From positions 1 to 64,000 of the forward strand of contig JBDIWC010000008.1 of assembly GCA_039794085.1 (NCBI GenBank): DNA of 64,000 nt. Direction: 5' to 3'. A program made the translations under genes and the position numbers. Within the stretch, counting starts at the first letter, position 1; each line of letters starts with the position of its first letter. The notes below the pieces were generated by a model. It saw only the letters and a program-made list of their open reading frames with translations. It was not told the origin of the DNA and did not search any database. Shown here in pieces: positions 58,444 through 64,000 of this stretch. Source of the stretch: Gemmatimonadales bacterium. GTDB lineage: Bacteria; Gemmatimonadota; Gemmatimonadetes; Gemmatimonadales; GWC2-71-9.

Positions 58444-61400
58444 CTACCGGACGGAGGTCTGGTTGTAGTCGAACTTGATGTCGGGAAGGTCGATCAGGTG
58501 GATCGAGAAGAAGAAGGAGAAATTGCCGTTGGCGTTCTGCGCGAAATTGAACGCGGCCTGCCAGTCGTGAAGATCCCGCTGGAGCCGGAAGATGTGGCTC
58601 TCGAACTTTCCGTCCGTCGCGTTGTAGTTGGTGTCCCAGGCCACGGCCCAGAACGCGGTGGGGCTGAAGGTGGTGTTGAAACGGATGTTGCTCTTGGTGG
58701 GCTGACGAACCGACAGGGTGTCCCCCTTGAGTGGGGGGCGGCTTCGGTTGATGGTGACGTTGATCGTGGAGGAGAACCCCCGGCCGCTCGGGAACCGCCC
58801 GAAGTCGCGGGCGCTGGTGATGGGCGCCTGGAACGGGGCTCCGGCGTTCGGGCTCATCCCCGGCGGGACCGTGGGGCGGTTGGCGTCGGGGGCATCCCGG
58901 TCCGCGATACCGAACAGGGAGCCGATCCCGCGTAGAGTGCGCCCGGTGAGGGTGAAACTCGCGTTCACGCTCTGGAGGAACGGTTCGAAGCGCGAGCTGT
59001 CGAACCCGGCCACTCCACGCCAGAGGTCGTGTCCCAGAGTGAGGTCAAATCCGGGCAGCAGATCCGAGTCGAACCGGTTGGTGATGAACTGGGTGACCCA
59101 CCCGTTCCGCCCCGGCTTCTTGGCCTGCTCGAAGTCGAACGTGATTCCCGACGTGGAAATGCCGAGGAGCCGGAACTTCCGCTGGGTACGACTCGTGGTA
59201 TCCCCGGGAGCGGGCCGTTCCTTCGCCTCGAAGTTCTGGGACAGGGAGAGCGTGAGGGTCGTGACCGCGGGACTCTCGCGCGTCACCACCTGCCCGGGGT
59301 TCGCGACCGCTTCGGCGAACTCCTGGGACACGGTGGCCGTGGGCGAATGATTGAACGAGAGAGAGGGCGCAATGCTGTGCCGGATCCGCTCAATCGGTCC
59401 AAACCCGGGAAAGAACCCGAAGAAGGTCGGGGCCGCGGCCAGACTGAAGGAGAGCCGCTTCCCCTGCACCAGGTAGGCCCCTCCGGTCCGCTCGTTTCGG
59501 ATGACGAAGGGTTGTCCCGCCAACTTGTTCGCGATCCCGACGGACGGGGTGACCTTCCACGAGCTCCGGAGGAGGAGCGGGAGGTTGATCCCGGTGTCCC
59601 AGTTCAGGGTGGTCGCGAAGGTCCCGGTGGTCACTTGCTGGACGCTGATCGAGTCATCCGGCTCCGGGGTGGAGAGATCGGGGACCTTCCGAGTGACGGT
59701 GCGGGGGCTCCGTTCCTCCCGGTCCGCAATGTTGACCGCGTTCCGCCAATCAAAGGTTCCGATGCGGAGCGGTGTCATGATGTTGATCGTTGTGTTGCGG
59801 GTCGTGGCGCGAAACGTCAGGGAGTCCAGTTCTCCCACCGGGGTCGCCAGGGAGACGATTCCATCCCGCCGTGTCGTCGCATTGCTCAACCGGAACGTGG
59901 GAGACCAGGTCACCGACCCCCCGAGATCGATCGGATTGGGGTTGAGGGACAGTTCCGGAAAGTTGGTCCGCACCTCGCTGTCGTTCGGGCTCTGGCTCCG
60001 GGTGCCCCCGAGGGAGGCCGTCCCCCACCGGAATCGGCGATCGAGATTCATCGAGGAGCGGATGTTCTGGGTGTTGACGATCGGGTCGATGGCGTTGTTG
60101 TTCAGGACTCGGGTGTTGCTCGCGACATCGAGGTTGAGCGTCAAGCGCGTGGCCACCCCGAAGCTCTGCCGGTGGTTCCAGGCGATGCGCGTGTTTGACT
60201 CCCCGCTGCCGTCGATCTGTTTCAGCCGTGACCAGGAAAGGTTTCCCTCCAGAAACCGGTCGAGCCACCGGTACTGCCCCGCGACCTCGATTCGCGTGCT
60301 CCGGTTGGCCAGCCAATCGAAGGTCCCCACAAAATCGAAGTAGTCGCTGGCGGCCCAGTAATACCCCATGTTGGTGACCTGGCGATTGAAGTTCCGGGTG
60401 GGGCGCACGATGTCGTTGAAGCCGAACCGCGGCACCAGAATGCCGGAGCGACGTCCCTGCTTGGTATCCTGGAAGATGAAGGGGAGCCAGAGCACCGGCA
60501 CATCCCGGATGTAGAGCACCGCGGGGCGCGCCACCATCGTGGACTGCGAGACCCATTTCACCTCTTTCGCGGCGAAATGATAGTGCGATTCGGGGAGGTC
60601 GCAGCTGGTGATCTCCTTGGCGGCGGCATACAGGCGGCTCGAGACCGAGTCGACGGCCAGGTTGCCCCGGATGAACCAGTTGGCGCCCTGCTGGTTGAAG
60701 GAGGTGAGGGCGTCGGACAAGACCCCGCGCTCGACACAGGTGTCGTAGCGCACCGTGTCCCCGATGGCCACCTGGTTGTTCTGGAAGAGTCGCGGTCCCC
60801 CGGTGGCGGTGAAGCGGCAGGCCGGGTCGTCGTACTCGATGATCTCCGCCTCCAGGATCGCTCCGCTTCGTTCCGTCATGGCCTGGCCCTGCAGCCGCAG
60901 CAGGCGGGTCCCGGCGTTCACCGACGCCGAATCGGCCATGTAGCGCGTCACCGCGAAGCCGGGCCGGGTAAGGAGACGTTGGAGAATGGAATCCCCGGGT
61001 CCGAAGCTCTTGCTCGGGCCGGTCGGGAGCCCCATGCGCTGGGCCGCGGCGGAATCCCGGGCCACCTGCGCCGCCCGGATGGAGTCCTGGGCGGTCATCG
61101 AATCGGGCACCACCCGGGTGGTGTCCTGTTGTGCTGTGGCGGATCCGGAGGGGACCCCCATCAGGAGCACCAGGGCTCCCACCGCGGCCGCCACCCGCCG
61201 GCGCCGGTGAATCACCATCGCCCCGGCCACCCCGACCTCGTAGAGCAACAGCAGCGGGAGGGTCATGATCAACATGGAGAAGACATCGGGACCCGGAGAG
61301 AAGAAGGCCCCCCCCACGAAGGCGAGCACCATCCAGTAGCGCCGGAACCGGTGGAGAATCACCGGGGTCACCACGCCGAGCGCCGCCAGCGTGATGATGA

Positions 61401-61968
61401 TGAGCGGCAGCTCGAAGGAGAGTCCCATGCCGAGCATGATCCGGATGACGAAGCCGAAGTACTTGTCATACGTGATCATGGTGGTGAACGATCCCGCCTC
61501 GATGCTGAGGAGGACGCTGATGGCCTTGGGTACCACCAGCAGGAACGAGAGCACCGCCCCGGTCAGAAAGAGCAGCAGCCCCGCAAAGAGACTGGGGACG
61601 ATCGCCTTCTTTTCCTTCTCGTAGAGGGCCGGAGAGAGAAACGCCCACACCTGCCAGAGGATGACCGGAGACGCCAGCACCAGGCCGGTGATGAATCCCA
61701 GCTTGAGCACGATCATGACCGGTTCGGTCGGGCTCAGGACGGTCAGTTTCCCGTCGGGAAGGAACGGGGCGATCGGCCCCTTGAGAACGTCGATCAGATG
61801 CAACTGGTCGACGAGAAGGAGGCCCAGGCCAAACCCCGCCACCACGGCCAGCAGCACCCTCAGAATGCGGGTGCGCAACTCCTCGAGGTGGTCGAGGAAC
61901 GGCATCTCACCCTCGACAGCGGGAGGTCGGGACATGGCAGGCTCAGGCGCGCGGCCGGCCTCGGGCAC
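58444..61968 (-). CDS. tatC: TatC fused in frame to an LptD-like outer membrane protein
   Basis: MPFLDHLEELRTR...SFELP...FSPGPD...LLYEVG (TatC), then a signal-like segment, TSCDLPESHYHF, PVLWLPF..RRSGILVP and a beta-barrel ending LQRDLHDW...; start could be ATG 61935. Confidence 0.88.
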   Translation of the reverse strand: MPEAGRAPEPAMSRPPAVEGEMPFLDHLEELRTRILRVLLAVVAGFGLGLLLVDQLHLIDVLKGPIAPFLPDGKLTVLSPTEPVMIVLKLGFITGLVLASPVILWQVWAFLSPALYEKEKKAIVPSLFAGLLLFLTGAVLSFLLVVPKAISVLLSIEAGSFTTMITYDKYFGFVIRIMLGMGLSFELPLIIITLAALGVVTPVILHRFRRYWMVLAFVGGAFFSPGPDVFSMLIMTLPLLLLYEVGVAGAMVIHRRRRVAAAVGALVLLMGVPSGSATAQQDTTRVVPDSMTAQDSIRAAQVARDSAAAQRMGLPTGPSKSFGPGDSILQRLLTRPGFAVTRYMADSASVNAGTRLLRLQGQAMTERSGAILEAEIIEYDDPACRFTATGGPRLFQNNQVAIGDTVRYDTCVERGVLSDALTSFNQQGANWFIRGNLAVDSVSSRLYAAAKEITSCDLPESHYHFAAKEVKWVSQSTMVARPAVLYIRDVPVLWLPFIFQDTKQGRRSGILVPRFGFNDIVRPTRNFNRQVTNMGYYWAASDYFDFVGTFDWLANRSTRIEVAGQYRWLDRFLEGNLSWSRLKQIDGSGESNTRIAWNHRQSFGVATRLTLNLDVASNTRVLNNNAIDPIVNTQNIRSSMNLDRRFRWGTASLGGTRSQSPNDSEVRTNFPELSLNPNPIDLGGSVTWSPTFRLSNATTRRDGIVSLATPVGELDSLTFRATTRNTTINIMTPLRIGTFDWRNAVNIADREERSPRTVTRKVPDLSTPEPDDSISVQQVTTGTFATTLNWDTGINLPLLLRSSWKVTPSVGIANKLAGQPFVIRNERTGGAYLVQGKRLSFSLAAAPTFFGFFPGFGPIERIRHSIAPSLSFNHSPTATVSQEFAEAVANPGQVVTRESPAVTTLTLSLSQNFEAKERPAPGDTTSRTQRKFRLLGISTSGITFDFEQAKKPGRNGWVTQFITNRFDSDLLPGFDLTLGHDLWRGVAGFDSSRFEPFLQSVNASFTLTGRTLRGIGSLFGIADRDAPDANRPTVPPGMSPNAGAPFQAPITSARDFGRFPSGRGFSSTINVTINRSRPPLKGDTLSVRQPTKSNIRFNTTFSPTAFWAVAWDTNYNATDGKFESHIFRLQRDLHDWQAAFNFAQNANGNFSFFFSIHLIDLPDIKFDYNQTSVR

Positions 61969-61974
61969 CGCCGG

Positions 61975-62760
61975 TCAGGGCCGGAGAGCCGAGAGCCGGT
62001 CGCGGGCGAGGTTGGCTTCCGGTGCCCGGGGATAATTGCGAACAACCGTCTGGTAGGCATCGCGGGCGGCCTCCAGGTCCTGCCTCAGTTCGGCGAGTTG
62101 GCCGATCTTGTACCACGCCGTGGGGGCTCGCTCCGAGGACGCATACCGCGTCGTGACCTCGCGGAAGTAATGGGCCGCGGAGTCGGGGTTCTCCACGGCG
62201 AAGGTTTCCCCCAGGGAGAGGAGCGCGAAGGGAACCTGTTCGCTGGTGGGCCAGGCCCGGAGGAAGTCGCGGAAGGCGGCACGGGCCGTCCCGAGGCTCC
62301 CGCGGAGGTGCATGGCCCGGGCGGCCTGGAACATTTCGTCCGCCGACGGGGTGGGGGCCGGGGCCAGACTGTCCCCGAGCAGCGAATCGGGTGTGGCCGG
62401 AGCCTGCAGTTGCTGCCCCCGGGTGTCCAGTTGCACCTTGAGCTCGGACAGGCGCCGCTGGCTCTGGCCGGTGAGCTCCTGGATCTGCAGCAGCTGCTGC
62501 TGGATGTTGAAGAGATCCTCCGCGAGCTCCCCCTTCGAGATGCGCACCGATTCCCGCACCGACCGCAGGGAGTCCATCACCGCCTCCTGGGTCCGGAGGA
62601 TGGCGCCGATGTCAGCCGCATGCGCACTGTCGCGCCGCGCGGCCTCGGTGCGGAGGACGAGAACCTGGGTCTCGACCTTCCGCACCGCGCCGTTGGTGGC
62701 GCACCCGCCCAGCAGCAGGGCGCAGGCGCCACCGACCAGCAACCGACGTCCGCTCATCAC
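61975..62760 (-). CDS. cpoB: Tol-Pal protein CpoB/YbgF
   Basis: Lipobox LGGC, coiled coil and C-terminal TPRs; downstream of pal. Confidence 0.85.
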   Translation of the reverse strand: MMSGRRLLVGGACALLLGGCATNGAVRKVETQVLVLRTEAARRDSAHAADIGAILRTQEAVMDSLRSVRESVRISKGELAEDLFNIQQQLLQIQELTGQSQRRLSELKVQLDTRGQQLQAPATPDSLLGDSLAPAPTPSADEMFQAARAMHLRGSLGTARAAFRDFLRAWPTSEQVPFALLSLGETFAVENPDSAAHYFREVTTRYASSERAPTAWYKIGQLAELRQDLEAARDAYQTVVRNYPRAPEANLARDRLSALRP

Positions 62761-63317
62761 GGGGTGGGCCGGATGCTTTCCCGCCCGGCGAGGATCTCGA
62801 ACTCCCCGCGACGGTTCATGGCCCAGGCCGATTCGTTCTGCCCCCGGTCGAGGGGCCGCTCCTCGCCAAAGGAGATGATGGTGATCCGGTCCTCGGCGAT
62901 CCCCTTGGCCACGAGGTACCGCTTGGCCGAGGCCGCGCGCCGGTTCCCCAGCGCCAGGTTGTACTCATCCGATCCCCGGTCATCGGCGTGTCCGGCGATC
63001 CGGATCCGCAACTGGGGATAGGTCCGGAGCAGATCGGCCTTCCGGTCCAGCACCGCCTGATCCGCGGGACGAATGTCCGAGCGGTCGTAGTCGAAGTGCA
63101 CCATCGCCGCAAGATCGTTGACCACCCGGGTCCGGAACGCTTCCAGTTCCGCCGCACTGTTGTCCGGGGCCGGGGGGGGCGGCGGCGGGGGGGGCGGCGG
63201 GGGGGGAGGGGGCGGGGGGGGAGGGGCCGGGGCGGGAACCACCTCGGGCTGCTTCTTGCCGCACGCTCCCGCTGTCAGTGCCATCAGGCCGAGCAGCAGT
63301 ATCGTCCGCATCCGCAT
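62757..63317 (-). CDS. pal: Peptidoglycan-associated lipoprotein Pal
   Basis: AGAC lipobox; HFDYDRS, GHADDRGSDEYNLALGNRRA and NRR motifs; poly-Pro linker. Confidence 0.93.
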   Translation of the reverse strand: MRMRTILLLGLMALTAGACGKKQPEVVPAPAPPPPPPPPPPPPPPPPPPAPDNSAAELEAFRTRVVNDLAAMVHFDYDRSDIRPADQAVLDRKADLLRTYPQLRIRIAGHADDRGSDEYNLALGNRRAASAKRYLVAKGIAEDRITIISFGEERPLDRGQNESAWAMNRRGEFEILAGRESIRPTP

Positions 63318-63341
63318 TGCAAACTCCTCGTTGAAGTCATC

Positions 63342-64000
63342 CTACCGTGGGCTCAAATATCGCGACCAGGACGGCAGCCGCGCCACTCCGGGTGTCGGGA
63401 TCTGCCGCACCCGAAAAGTATCCAGATCGATCACATGCAACTGTCCCCGACCGGTCCGATCGGACACGAACACCAGATGCCGCCCGTCGGGCGCCCAACT
63501 CGGATCCTCGTTCCGCCCGCTGGACGAGAGCTGCCTCGCCTGCCGCCGGGCGATATCGAAGACCCAGATCTGCGGAGTCCGGGCGGTTTCCCGGTGAAAT
63601 GCGACCGTGGTACCGTCCGGTGACCACTCGGGGGCATTGGAACTCCCCGTCCGTCCGAAATCGAACGGGACGAGCAACTCCTGCTGAGTGCCGTCGCTCG
63701 CCATGGCATAGATCTGCTGCCCCCCGGCACGCGTCGACACGAACCCGATCCGGCGTCCGTCAGGAGAATACGCAGGCGAGAGATTATCCGCAAACGGTCC
63801 CGAGGTGAGGCGCTCGACGCAGCACATCTCACCCACATTGACCCGCACGAGGTTGGTGCCGCGTTCTCCCGACTGGGCAAACACCACGAAGCGACCGTCC
63901 GGGGAAAAAACCGGAGTGATGTTGGTCTGGCTGTCGGTGGTGGGCAGGGTGGCCCGGGACCCCGTGGCCAGGCGCTGCAGCACCACAGACCACCCGGACT
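63342..64000 (-). CDS. tolB: TolB (C-terminal PD40 propeller; 5' part outside the window)
   Basis: Repeated PxFSPDG/PxWSPDG motifs; upstream of pal. Confidence 0.9.
   Translation of the reverse strand, partial: SGWSVVLQRLATGSRATLPTTDSQTNITPVFSPDGRFVVFAQSGERGTNLVRVNVGEMCCVERLTSGPFADNLSPAYSPDGRRIGFVSTRAGGQQIYAMASDGTQQELLVPFDFGRTGSSNAPEWSPDGTTVAFHRETARTPQIWVFDIARRQARQLSSSGRNEDPSWAPDGRHLVFVSDRTGRGQLHVIDLDTFRVRQIPTPGVARLPSWSRYLSPR

Noticed and set aside
54421..58935. 1504-aa plus-strand ORF (likewise 40364-43603, 23448-26198 and 60577-63021)
   Set aside because: Antisense shadows of well-supported minus-strand genes in high-GC DNA; no motifs

Overview
GC-rich bacterial chromosomal window; a Gemmatimonadota-like origin is inferred from gene content only. 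Most of it is minus-strand housekeeping operons: hflX-rarA-cca-asparaginase-SDR-gmhA-cpsB-alaS-recX-recA-yraN; fadD-ftsK-comB-accC-pilT-accB-pepP-aroQ; surA/ppiD; tatA-DUF4321-polyprenyl synthase-TPR-hutH; tatC::lptD-cpoB-pal-tolB; tRNA-Val(CAC) and tRNA-Ile2(CAT). There are two accessory regions. (1) 1-10850, downstream of tRNA-Val: an IS200/IS605 end, an IS5 remnant, a toxin-antitoxin pair, an MFS gene and a czcICBA-like metal efflux operon interrupted by a MITE-like insert. (2) 29169-39541: a composite reverse-type integron locus in which four decayed intI remnants each keep a sigma70-like promoter and an attI-like crossover and each head their own short attC cassette array. Two of the arrays end at the same GTTAGCA site overlapping the fadD stop codon, one of them on a diverged 440-bp fadD duplicate. 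Cassette cargo includes a probable SelW/Rdx selenoprotein (CxxU plus a SECIS-like hairpin) and TIR, FRG and HEPN-like genes. Other highlights are an in-frame TatC-signal peptide-LptD fusion and an AP2-domain protein with a histone H1-like tail. All family calls come from motif recognition by eye; no searches were run.
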